A stretch of 64,000 bases of DNA, from contig JALUTT010000002.1 in assembly GCA_027021705.1 (NCBI GenBank), positions 1 through 64,000 of the forward strand, read 5' to 3'. Positions within the stretch are counted from its first letter, which is position 1, and every line of letters starts with the position of its first letter. Below are positions 20,470-28,832 of this stretch, piece by piece. A model generated the notes under the pieces. It had not been told where the DNA came from, did no database searches, and saw only the letters and a program-made list of their open reading frames with translations. The DNA is from Anaerolineae bacterium. GTDB taxonomy: Bacteria > Chloroflexota > Anaerolineae > S140-20. Position numbers and translations under genes: made by a program.

Positions 20470-21474
20470 TTACCTTTTGCTCGAAGGCGCGAAGGTGTCA
20501 ATCATCAGCCGGACGTCGCCCAGGGGATAGAGGATGGGGCAGGTGGCTCCGTGGTCCAGGTACTCCTGGACCTTGGCCTTGGCCTCTTCGGGAGTGCCGC
20601 TGGCGGTGATGCGGTAGACCAGGTCGTCCGGCACGTACTGCATCGCCTGTTCGATCTGCTCCTTCGTGGCCGGCCAGCCCAGGATGGACTGCACCTTTTC
20701 CACGACCTCCTGTTTGACACCGCTGGCCTGGGCGATGTGGGGCTGTTGGGCCAGGTACTGGGTCAGCAGTGCCTTGGCCCCGTAGATGGCCCGATCCCGA
20801 TCGTGGTCCACCGAGCAGACGATGAGTTGGGGGCGGTCTATCTCCTCCAGCGTCCGCCCGGCCCGGCGGGCCCCGATCTCCAAGTGCTCCAGAGCGCGGT
20901 CGTTGTACTCCGGCGGCACGCAGTAGTTGAGCACCACGCCGTCGGCGATCTCGCCGGCCAGTTCCATCATCTTCATCCCGGTGGCCCCGATGTAGATGGG
21001 CACGTTGCGGGGCTCCCGGCGACCGTGCACCACGTCCAGTTCGATGCCGGTCACGTGGACGAACTCGCCGTGGAAGGTCACGTTTTCCATATTCAGGAGC
21101 CGGCGGAGCACCGTCACCGTCTCCCGCATCGCCGTCAGGGGTTTGCGCCGTCGGATCCCCACGTTGCGGGCCAGCGGATCCCACCAGGCCCCGATGCCGC
21201 AGATGATCCGGTCGGGGGCCAGATCGTCCAGGGTCAGGAAGGTGGCGGCCAGGAGGCCGATGTTGCGGGTCCAGTTGTTGATGACGCCGGAGCCCACCTT
21301 GATGCGCTCGGTGACGGCGGCGAAGGCGGCCATGGGCACGATGGCGTCGCGTACCAGGCGGCTCTCGGCCTGCCAGACGGCCTCGAAGCCTTTCTCCTCG
21401 GCGTAGCGGACATACTGCATCCCATCCCGGATGGGATGGGCATCCTGCAGGTAGAGGGCAACACGTTGAGACAC
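20470..21474 (-). CDS. Luciferase-like (LLM class) flavin-dependent oxidoreductase
   Basis: [34 protein letters not shown]. Confidence 0.88.
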   Translation of the reverse strand: MSQRVALYLQDAHPIRDGMQYVRYAEEKGFEAVWQAESRLVRDAIVPMAAFAAVTERIKVGSGVINNWTRNIGLLAATFLTLDDLAPDRIICGIGAWWDPLARNVGIRRRKPLTAMRETVTVLRRLLNMENVTFHGEFVHVTGIELDVVHGRREPRNVPIYIGATGMKMMELAGEIADGVVLNYCVPPEYNDRALEHLEIGARRAGRTLEEIDRPQLIVCSVDHDRDRAIYGAKALLTQYLAQQPHIAQASGVKQEVVEKVQSILGWPATKEQIEQAMQYVPDDLVYRITASGTPEEAKAKVQEYLDHGATCPILYPLGDVRLMIDTFAPSSKR

Positions 21475-21613
21475 CGGAGACCTCCTTAACGGGTTGGCGA
21501 GGGGCAGCGTCTGGAACCCATTTTACACCAGGACCGTCCATCCGGCAACATTGTCTAGGCGGCCCGCCGGAATAGGGATTCCGGCGTTCCAAAGGCTTAT
21601 GGGTAGTCGTCGG

Positions 21614-21735
21614 GTATCTATTCAGCCTACCCTCCCGCAGGTCACCGGTCGAGGGCGCTTTCAGCCCCGATAGGTTACTTGAAGCACGGTTTCGCGTCGG
21701 AAATGCGCCTAACCTGCGGGAGGGTGAACAGTTAC
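21614..21735 (+). mobile_element. MITE copy 2 with 8-bp TSD GTCGTCGG
   Basis: Termini GTATCTATTCA / TGAACAGTTAC. TSD at 21606-21613 and 21736-21743. Confidence 0.88.
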
Positions 21736-22632
21736 GTCGTCGGTGATTCGGGCCAGCACGAGGCCGATGGACAGGAGGAGGCCGAAGAGGAGCTCCAGTT
21801 GGGCGGTTCCGGCCAGGAGCCGGTTCATAGCCGGACCGTCTGGGCTCCGACGGAGGGCCCGGATCAAGCGGAGGGCGTTGGGCAGGGAGAGCCAGGGGAG
21901 CAGCAGCCAGACGGACCGGCGGCCGGCCGGCCTCAGCAGTGGCAAGAGAGCGTAGGCGATGACCAGAAGCAGGGTGTACTCCAGCCGGGTGAGCCGTGCG
22001 CCCATCAGCACCGCCAGCGTCCGCTTGCCGGCCCGGCCATCGGTCTCAAGGTCCCGCAGGTTGTTGACGACCAGGATGGCCGTCGCCAGCAGGCCCATCG
22101 AAGTCGCGGCCAGCAGGGCGGTGGCGGTGAGGCGCAGGGTCTGAACGTAGTAGGTCCCGCCGACGGCCACGAGCCCGAAGAAGAGAAAGACGAAGAGGTC
22201 GCCCAGGCCGTAGGAGCCGAAGGGGTAGGGGCCGCCGCTGTAGGCGACGGCAGCGGCGATGGCCGCCGCACCGAGGATCAAGAGGGGCCACCCTCCCACA
22301 GCGATCAGGAAGCTTCCCGCCGCCGCGGCCAGGGCAAAGGTGATCCACATTCCCCTCCGCAGGTGGGGCAGAGGGATCAGTCCGCTCTGGGCGACCCGAA
22401 GAGGACCTTGCCGTCCGGCCCGATCCACGCCCTTGACGTAGTCGTAGTAGTCGTTGGCCAGGTTGGCCCCGATCTGGAGGAGCAGGGCCACAATGAGCGC
22501 GGCCAGTGCCGGGAGGGGAGCGAAGCGCCCGTCGGCGTAGGCCAGCGCCGTGCCGACCAGAACCGGGGCCACGGCCGCCGGCAAGGTCTTAGGCCGTATC
22601 GCGATGCGCCAGGCTTGCCAACGGGAAGACAT
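21709..22632 (-). CDS. menA: 1,4-dihydroxy-2-naphthoate polyprenyltransferase
   Basis: RPKTL, NLANDYYD, VVNNLRD...D...GKRTL. The stop codon lies inside the MITE. Confidence 0.93.
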   Translation of the reverse strand: MSSRWQAWRIAIRPKTLPAAVAPVLVGTALAYADGRFAPLPALAALIVALLLQIGANLANDYYDYVKGVDRAGRQGPLRVAQSGLIPLPHLRRGMWITFALAAAAGSFLIAVGGWPLLILGAAAIAAAVAYSGGPYPFGSYGLGDLFVFLFFGLVAVGGTYYVQTLRLTATALLAATSMGLLATAILVVNNLRDLETDGRAGKRTLAVLMGARLTRLEYTLLLVIAYALLPLLRPAGRRSVWLLLPWLSLPNALRLIRALRRSPDGPAMNRLLAGTAQLELLFGLLLSIGLVLARITDDVTVHPPAG

Positions 22633-22633
22633 T

Positions 22634-23938
22634 TCACTGACCGACAAGCAGGGCGTTGACTTTCTCGGCGGCCGTGGTCAGGACCTGGGCGGGGTCGGCG
22701 CCGGTGAAGAGGGCCTCCTCAACGGCCAGGCCGATCTCCCGGCTGGCAGCGGCGTAGGCGGGGATGTTGGGCCGCACCCGCGCGACGGCCATCTGGTCCA
22801 CGATCACCTGGGCCCGGGGTTCCTGCTCCAGGTAGGCTCGGTATTCCGCCGACTCGACGACGGAGCGGCGCAGGGGCAGGTAACCGGTTTCGGTGCTCCA
22901 CCGGCGGTTGACCTCCGGCGAGGTCATCCAGCGGACGAAGGCCCAGGCCGCCTCCCGGTCCCGGACGTTGCTGAGGATGGCGATGTTGGCTCCACCGACG
23001 CCGGTGGCAGCGCCGGCCGGCCCGGCCGGCAGCGGAGCCACACCCAGGTCGTCTCCCAGGGCTTGGATGTAGCGGTTCAGCCGAGCGGTGGAGGCCAACA
23101 ACATCCCGATCTGCCCCTCCTCGAAGCCTCGGTCCGGCGGGCTCAGGGGCAGGCTGCCCGCCTCAACCATCGTCTGCCAGAAGCGCAGGGCCTCGATGCC
23201 GGGGGATTCCTGAAAGCGGGCGGCGCTGTAATCGTCGTTGAAGATCTCCCCGCCGGCCTGCCAAAGGAAGGCGAACCAGTAGTAGACGACGCCCCGCTTG
23301 GCCTGCACCGGAAAGCTCAGCCCCCACTGGTCCGGCTGGCCGTCCCCATCCCGGTCGGCGGTGAGGGCCTGGGCCATCGTCGCCAGCTCCTCCCAGGTCG
23401 TCGGTGGGCGGTCGGAGTCCAGCCCTGCCTCGCGGAAGAGCCGCCGGTTGTAGTAGAGGGCGATGTTGCTCAGGGAGAAGGGCATCGTCCAGATGGTGCC
23501 GTCGTAGGTGGCCGTCTTCCAGGCCATAGGCCAGATGTCCTCCCGGTCGAAGTCGGGATCGGCCTGGATGAAGGTCTCCATCGGCACCAGGGCACCGGCA
23601 TCGGCCAGCTCTGAGGACCAGAACTGGTCCACCATCGAGAGGTCGGGGGCGGCCTGGCCGGCAATGGCCGTCAGCAGCTTGTCCCGCATCGTCCAGAGGT
23701 TGCCCCCGTAGCTGGGCTCGACGACGATGCCGGGGTGGGTCTCGTTGAACTCCCGGACCAGGGCCTCGAACTGCTGGCCGAAGGTCCCCCCGTAGGGGTG
23801 CCAGAGGGTGAGGGTGACGGGAGCCGGGGTGTCGGTGGGGGCGCCGGCCGCCGGGGCCTCCGGCGTGCTCCCGGAACCGGCGCAGGCGGTGGAGAGGAGG
23901 GCGATGATGGATAGGATGAGCAGGGTGCGTCGTATCAT
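22634..23938 (-). CDS. ABC transporter substrate-binding lipoprotein (carbohydrate/UgpB-like)
   Basis: Lipobox LSTAC, LYYNRRLF, PPTTWEEL, TGYLP. Confidence 0.88.
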   Translation of the reverse strand: MIRRTLLILSIIALLSTACAGSGSTPEAPAAGAPTDTPAPVTLTLWHPYGGTFGQQFEALVREFNETHPGIVVEPSYGGNLWTMRDKLLTAIAGQAAPDLSMVDQFWSSELADAGALVPMETFIQADPDFDREDIWPMAWKTATYDGTIWTMPFSLSNIALYYNRRLFREAGLDSDRPPTTWEELATMAQALTADRDGDGQPDQWGLSFPVQAKRGVVYYWFAFLWQAGGEIFNDDYSAARFQESPGIEALRFWQTMVEAGSLPLSPPDRGFEEGQIGMLLASTARLNRYIQALGDDLGVAPLPAGPAGAATGVGGANIAILSNVRDREAAWAFVRWMTSPEVNRRWSTETGYLPLRRSVVESAEYRAYLEQEPRAQVIVDQMAVARVRPNIPAYAAASREIGLAVEEALFTGADPAQVLTTAAEKVNALLVGQ

Positions 23939-23973
23939 GGCGTTCCTCTCTGTTTGGTCGGGTGGTCGTATGC

Positions 23974-24050
23974 GGTCCTTAGTCCTTGGTCCTCAGTCCG
24001 CGGTCGGCGGTCGGCGGTCGGCGGTCGGCGGTCGGTGGTCGTTGGTTGGC
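23974..24050. repeat. Degenerate heptamer tandem array (GGTCGGC/GGTCCTT)
   Basis: About 11 consecutive 7-mers. Confidence 0.85.
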
Positions 24051-24096
24051 GATCGAAGGGTCAAGCGGATCACGGCCCACCGGGATGAGGGGCCGG

Positions 24097-25155
24097 TCAC
24101 CAGACGTAGATGGGGTTGCTGAAGATCCAGCCGCACCGCCGGCCCCGGTAGGACTTGTAGGCTTCGATGCGGTAGACGCCGGGGTCCACGAGCAGAGCCT
24201 TGAGCTCCCGCCCCCGGGTCCGGGCGACGACGCGCCCGTTGTGCAGGAGCCGGATCTCGGCGGGGGCAGGGACCTGGGCGGTGAACTGGATGCCCATCTG
24301 CCGCTTCAGGTCCCCTCCCATCACCGCCTCCTGGGAGCCGCTGCGGGCCCAGAAGCGGAACCCCCGGGTAGGAGCGATCAGATCGTACCCCACCCAGGCC
24401 CGGCCGGCCCTCAGCGCTTCGTAGATCAGCGCTTTGTCCGTCTCGGGGTCCTGGCGCAGGGGGTGCTCCAGCAGCACGTGGGTGTTGACGGCCCGGAAGA
24501 GGTAGGTGTACGGGAAGATGACCCGTTCCATCGGTCCCAGCCGGTAGGTTGTGCCGTGAGCGTCGGCCCCACCGATGGCGACCACCCGCCGTCCCTGCTG
24601 GGTCAGCGTGTCCCACATCGCCAGGGTGTGGCGGAAGGGGCCTCGGATGCCCCGGGCTGGGAAGAAGGCGTAGAAGATGGCGTGAAGCCGGCTCCGCAGC
24701 AGGGCCTTGAACTCCGACATATAGTTCCAGAGCTCCAGGCCGGTGAAGCCGGTCAGGTGCTCCCAGTCGCACCAGGGGATGGCGGCCAGGTCGGGGTCCA
24801 GGGGGCTGCCGCGCTCGACGGGGTGGGCCAGGAAAGTGAGCGCCCCACGCTCGTTGGCTGCATCAATGAGGGCTTGGGGGTCGCCAGCCTGGGGGGCCAT
24901 CTCCGCGTCGGCCCCGTAGATGAGCAGGTGGTTGCACTGGGGGTTGCGGCGGATGTCGTGGACTTCCTCACCGACCAGGAGGAGGGCTTTCCCGTAGTAT
25001 CCCTCCAGCCCTCCGACCCAGATGTTGTGGTCGGTCACGGCGACGAAGTCGAGGCCCGCTTCGGCGGCGGCGTGGGCGACCTGGGCGTGGGTCCAGTGCC
25101 CATCAGAGTAGGGCGTGTGGCTGTGCAAGTTGCCGGCGTATTCGTACCAGGGCAT
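24097..25155 (-). CDS. PHP-domain metallohydrolase (CehA/McbA-like)
   Basis: GNLHSHT.YSDG, TDHN, AHP, GGADAH, SNPIY. Confidence 0.85.
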   Translation of the reverse strand: MPWYEYAGNLHSHTPYSDGHWTHAQVAHAAAEAGLDFVAVTDHNIWVGGLEGYYGKALLLVGEEVHDIRRNPQCNHLLIYGADAEMAPQAGDPQALIDAANERGALTFLAHPVERGSPLDPDLAAIPWCDWEHLTGFTGLELWNYMSEFKALLRSRLHAIFYAFFPARGIRGPFRHTLAMWDTLTQQGRRVVAIGGADAHGTTYRLGPMERVIFPYTYLFRAVNTHVLLEHPLRQDPETDKALIYEALRAGRAWVGYDLIAPTRGFRFWARSGSQEAVMGGDLKRQMGIQFTAQVPAPAEIRLLHNGRVVARTRGRELKALLVDPGVYRIEAYKSYRGRRCGWIFSNPIYVW

Positions 25156-25178
25156 CGCGTCGTAGGGTCCTCGCCCGC

Positions 25179-25892
25179 TCAGACTTCCAGCTTGAAGGGG
25201 TTGAAGTCGGTGTCGTAGTCGTAGTAGTCCTCGTGCTCGACCCGCTTGAGGCCGTTGACGATCTGGTAGGTGATGGGGGTCATCAGCGCCTCGATGCCGA
25301 CTTTGAAGATGTAGTTGGTGACGATGAGGGTGAGGGCGATGCTCCAGGGGAAGACGCCGAAGGCAGAGGCGATCACGATGAAGAAGGCGGTGTCCACCCC
25401 CTCACCGACCAGGGTGCTGCCGATGGTGCGGGTCCAGAGCCAGCGTCCCCGGGTGAGGATCTTCATTTTGGCCATCACGTAGGAGTTGGAGAACTCGCCG
25501 GCGAAGTAGGCGATCAGGCTGGCGACGATGATGCCGCCGGAGCTGACGCCCCCCAGGATGGCGTCGTAGGCGGCCTGGCCGGCGTAGGCTTCCCATTCGG
25601 GATCGCCGGGCAGCCGTCCCACGATCCAGAAGATGGCGGCCATCAGCGCCGAGAGGGCGAAGCCGGTCCAGATCACCTTGCGGGAGCGCCGATAGCCGTA
25701 GACCTCCGTCAGCACGTCGCCGAAGATGTAGCTGATGGGGAAGAGCAGGGTGCCGGCGTCGAAGGCCAGGGGCAGCCCGAAGAGGGAGACGCCCCAGTCC
25801 ACGATCTTGGCCGATGAAGCGATGTTGCTGATGAGCAGCACGGCCACAAAGATGGCGGTGATGGTGTCGTAGAACTTGTATCCTCGTGTCAT
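25179..25892 (-). CDS. yhhQ: Queuosine precursor transporter (YhhQ/VUT family)
   Basis: SNI...FPISYIFGDVLTEVYG...LWTRTIGST. Confidence 0.88.
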   Translation of the reverse strand: MTRGYKFYDTITAIFVAVLLISNIASSAKIVDWGVSLFGLPLAFDAGTLLFPISYIFGDVLTEVYGYRRSRKVIWTGFALSALMAAIFWIVGRLPGDPEWEAYAGQAAYDAILGGVSSGGIIVASLIAYFAGEFSNSYVMAKMKILTRGRWLWTRTIGSTLVGEGVDTAFFIVIASAFGVFPWSIALTLIVTNYIFKVGIEALMTPITYQIVNGLKRVEHEDYYDYDTDFNPFKLEV

Positions 25893-25960
25893 CGCGCCGT
25901 TGCCTCGAATAGCTAGGGTGTGATGGGCGGGAGATTGCTGACCTCGGTCGCCTGAGAGCG

Positions 25961-26226
25961 TCGGGCTTGGAAAGCCCTCCTACCGGGGCGCAGGAGGCCC
26001 TTCAGGGTGTAGGAGGCCCTTCCAGGGCCGAAGATCGGGCTTGGAAAGTCGGGCTTGGAAAGCCCTCCTACAAGGGGGCCACCGGCAGAATCTCTGCGCT
26101 GGCCCCATATCGGGCTTGGAAAGCCCTCCTACCGGGGCGCAGGAGGCCCTTCAGGGCGTAGGAGGCCCTTCCAGGGCCGAAGATCGGGCTTGGAAAGTCG
26201 GGCCTGGAAGGCCCTCCTACAAGGGG
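25961..26226. repeat. GTAG-type REP/BIME cluster, 149-bp tandem duplication
   Basis: TCGGGCTTGGAAAGCCCTCCTAC units and inverted GTAGGAGG units. Blocks start at 25961 and 26110. Confidence 0.8.
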
Positions 26227-27185
26227 GTGGTTGGTACGGGAGGCCGTTTCACCTCGGCCACGCGGTCCCAGAGGCGGCAGAAGGCACAGAGGCCGGGAGC
26301 GCTGGTCGGCTGACCGCAGCGCTCGCAGGCGTGGAGCCGCCCTTCCTCCCGCTCCTGGACGGCGGCGAAGAGCCCCTCCTCCTTGGCCCGCAGGAAGCTG
26401 AGGTAGAACTGGAGTTTGGCCCCCGGCGATTGGGCCTCCAGTTGGGCCAGGAGTTCCTTGTAGGCGATGGTCTTGCTCCCCACGGCGTGGGGGCATTCTT
26501 CGTAGATGTAGTCAATCCCCCGCAGCAGGGCGTAGGCCGCCGTCTCCCGCTCGTAGAAGCGGCAGAAGGGCTTCACCTTCCGGGCCAGGCCGGGGTGGCT
26601 GGCCGGCAGCACCGGGGCCTGGCGGGCCAGGTAGCCGGTCTGCCAGTGGAGCACGTTGGAGAAGAGGACGGCCACCTCGTCGTCCAGGTTGTGGCCCGTC
26701 GCCAGCACGTCGTACCCCATCTCGTGGGCGATCCGGTTCATCTCGTGGCGCTTCACCAGCCCACAGACGGAGCAGGGCTTGCCCCGCCCCCGGTTGCTGA
26801 TGCGGGCCGCCTCGGGGATGGTCGCCCCGTAGAGGGCGTTGACGTCGAGGACGTGCAGTTGGGCGTCGGGCCAGAGGGTTTCGACGAACTGCTCCACCTT
26901 CTCGAAGGACTGGCCGGAATAGTCGAAGCGGGTGGCGATCCCCAGGTCAATGTAGAGGCCATCGGCCTGGTAGCCCAGGCGCAGGAGCACGTCCCAGAGG
27001 CCCAGGCTGTCCTTCCCGCCGGAGACGGCGACGAGGACCCGCTCGTCGCGGCGGAACATCTTGTAGCGGCGGATGGTGCGGGCCGTCTGCTCGACGAACC
27101 ACTCCTGGTAGTGCTCCCCGCAGAGCGCCAGCTTGTGGTGGCGCATGTTGATGGCGGCCTTCTGACCGCACTTGCGGCACTTCAT
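26217..27185 (-). CDS. ttuA: tRNA 2-thiouridylase TtuA/Ncs6 family
   Basis: N- and C-terminal Zn fingers, PP-loop SGGKDS, CSVC, TGHNLDDE, ECP. Confidence 0.88.
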   Translation of the reverse strand: MKCRKCGQKAAINMRHHKLALCGEHYQEWFVEQTARTIRRYKMFRRDERVLVAVSGGKDSLGLWDVLLRLGYQADGLYIDLGIATRFDYSGQSFEKVEQFVETLWPDAQLHVLDVNALYGATIPEAARISNRGRGKPCSVCGLVKRHEMNRIAHEMGYDVLATGHNLDDEVAVLFSNVLHWQTGYLARQAPVLPASHPGLARKVKPFCRFYERETAAYALLRGIDYIYEECPHAVGSKTIAYKELLAQLEAQSPGAKLQFYLSFLRAKEEGLFAAVQEREEGRLHACERCGQPTSAPGLCAFCRLWDRVAEVKRPPVPTTPL

Positions 27186-27382
27186 TACGGACTCCCTCCT
27201 GAGATCACGGCCACCAGCTTGATCTCGTCGCCCTCTTCCAGACGGGTATCCTCGGTGATCAGCTTGCCGTCGCGCACGGGCAGGACCATCTCCGGCGTCA
27301 GCCCGACCTTCTCGATGGCTTCTCGAACGGTGATGCCGGCTTCCACTTCCCACTCCTGATCGCGAAGGGTGATCTTCACCAT
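27185..27382 (-). CDS. ttuB: ThiS/MoaD-family sulfur carrier (TtuB-like)
   Basis: 65-aa beta-grasp protein ending ...VAVISGGSP, coupled to ttuA. Confidence 0.78.
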   Translation of the reverse strand: MVKITLRDQEWEVEAGITVREAIEKVGLTPEMVLPVRDGKLITEDTRLEEGDEIKLVAVISGGSP

Positions 27383-27584
27383 AGCCTCCTCCTTCCCAGG
27401 GTTGTGAATCCCGGAGACCGGGTCTTCGGCTGCTGGATTCACGCCCGGATTGTACGCGAAAGCGGGGTGAGCGTCAAGGCGCAGGGTGGCCATCGGGGAT
27501 CGTCGGGAAGGCGTAGGGTATCCGTAGGGAAAGCGTGGGGAGGGCGTTCAGAAAGAAAATCGGCTTTGTGGTAAAGTACAATCA

Positions 27585-27655
27585 GCAAGGCGCTCCTTTT
27601 CTCCTCCTTTGCATAGAGAGCCGGGTAGGGTGCAGGCCCCCGCCCGGCTCTCTGT
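27585..27655 (+). ncRNA. Candidate small RNA with anti-Shine-Dalgarno tract
   Basis: Extended -10-like TGTGGTAAAGT/TACAAT upstream, CTCCTTTTCTCCTCCTTT tract, 11-bp stem AGAGAGCCGGG/CCCGGCTCTCT. Confidence 0.4.
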
Positions 27656-27667
27656 GGTCTGGCGGAA

Positions 27668-27704
27668 AGCAGCCCTCCCGGTCCCTGGGACCGGGAGGGC
27701 TGCT
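27668..27704. terminator. Long perfect hairpin downstream of the dsrE-like gene
   Basis: AGCAGCCCTCCCGGTCCC-T-GGGACCGGGAGGGCTGCT. Confidence 0.65.
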
Positions 27705-27747
27705 TGTGTGTATCCCCTCGCTCACGGAGCGTGGATGGAGGGCTAGG

Positions 27748-28254
27748 TTAGATGAAGATGATCTGGGCGCCTTCGGTCATGTCAATGAAGTCGCTGGCGG
27801 TGACGATGCCCTCGACGCCTTCGACGAAGTCGTCCATCGTCAGGCCCATCATGTCCACCGTCATCTTGCAGGCGTACAGCTTGGCACCACCATCCACCAG
27901 CATCTGCAGGTATTCGCGCACCGGCGGCACGTCCAGGTCCGCGATCTTCTTCTTCAAGAAAGCGGTGGCGAAGGCGGTCATACCCGGCAGGGCGCCCATC
28001 CACTGGGGGATGCCCAGATTGCCGGTGGGCAGACCCATCAGGCTGAACTTGAAGCTGGTGTTGGCGACCGGGGCGATTTCCAGGTGGTCCACGCGCTTCT
28101 TGTTGATGATGTCCAGCCCCCAGAAGGTGAAGAAGATGGTCACGTCCACGCCATTGCCCAGGGCGGCCCAACCCATAATCAGGGCCGGCAAGGCCATGTC
28201 TAGATCGCCCTTGGAGCAGATGAAGGCGATATGGCGGTTCTTTTCCTCAGCCAT
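27748..28254 (-). CDS. DsrE/DsrF/DrsH-like (DsrE2-type) sulfurtransferase
   Basis: IFFTFWGL, YACKMTVDMM, GAQIIFI. Confidence 0.88.
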   Translation of the reverse strand: MAEEKNRHIAFICSKGDLDMALPALIMGWAALGNGVDVTIFFTFWGLDIINKKRVDHLEIAPVANTSFKFSLMGLPTGNLGIPQWMGALPGMTAFATAFLKKKIADLDVPPVREYLQMLVDGGAKLYACKMTVDMMGLTMDDFVEGVEGIVTASDFIDMTEGAQIIFI

Positions 28255-28352
28255 TGTTGCTCTCCTTGATCCTGTGTCGGGAAGACCCCAAGGGTTTCCG
28301 GCCGGAGAACCCTTAGGGCCTTCGGCGGCTCCGAGAAGATCCAGGCGTGCTC

Positions 28353-28670
28353 TTAGACGCAGCCTTGGGGCTTCCCCAGCCCGGCGATGCGGGCGACCTT
28401 CTTGGCCGGGCCTTTGGGGAAGAGCTTGAACAGTTCCTTGGTGGGGATGCCCCCGGCTTTGGTGATCCGCCGCAGGGTTGGCGGTTCCCCCCGCGCCTTG
28501 AAGTCGGCCCGGCAGAACTCGATCACCTTCCAGTGGCGGTCGGTCAACTCCTCGATGCCCTCCTCACGGGCGAGCACTTTGGCGATCTCCGGCGTCCAAT
28601 CGTCGGGGTTGACCATAAACCCCTCATCGTCGAACTCAATGGGCTTCCCAGCGATCTCTCGAACAGCCAT
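28353..28670 (-). CDS. TusE/DsrC-family sulfur relay protein
   Basis: DDEGF, LT..HWKVI, LFPKGP...AGLGKPQGCV. Only the penultimate Cys is kept in the C-terminal arm. Confidence 0.9.
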   Translation of the reverse strand: MAVREIAGKPIEFDDEGFMVNPDDWTPEIAKVLAREEGIEELTDRHWKVIEFCRADFKARGEPPTLRRITKAGGIPTKELFKLFPKGPAKKVARIAGLGKPQGCV

Positions 28671-28730
28671 AGGTTTTCCTCCTTATTGGCTCTATAGCTT
28701 CTTCTGGCTTTATAGCTTACAGCTCTGGAG

Positions 28731-28830
28731 CTTGCCCCCTGCCCCCTGCAACTTGCCCCTTGCTCCTTGCCCCTTGCCCCCTGCCCCTTGCCCCTTGCAA
28801 CTTGCAACTTGCAACTTGCCCCTTGCCCCC
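28731..28830. repeat. Degenerate heptamer tandem array (CCCTTGC/AACTTGC)
   Basis: About 14 consecutive 7-mers. Confidence 0.85.
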
Positions 28831-28832
28831 TC

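Noticed and set aside
25893..25960. preQ1 riboswitch upstream of yhhQ
   Set aside because: No recognisable preQ1-I stem-loop with A-rich tail by eye. An Rfam scan would be needed.
25961..26226. Possible CRISPR array
   Set aside because: The intervening sequences are themselves duplicated, units occur in both orientations, and no cas genes are present. It fits REP/BIME better.
28353..28670. dsrC as a marker of dissimilatory sulfite reduction
   Set aside because: It lacks the second C-terminal-arm Cys, and there is no dsrAB or dsrMK in the window. It is TusE-type.
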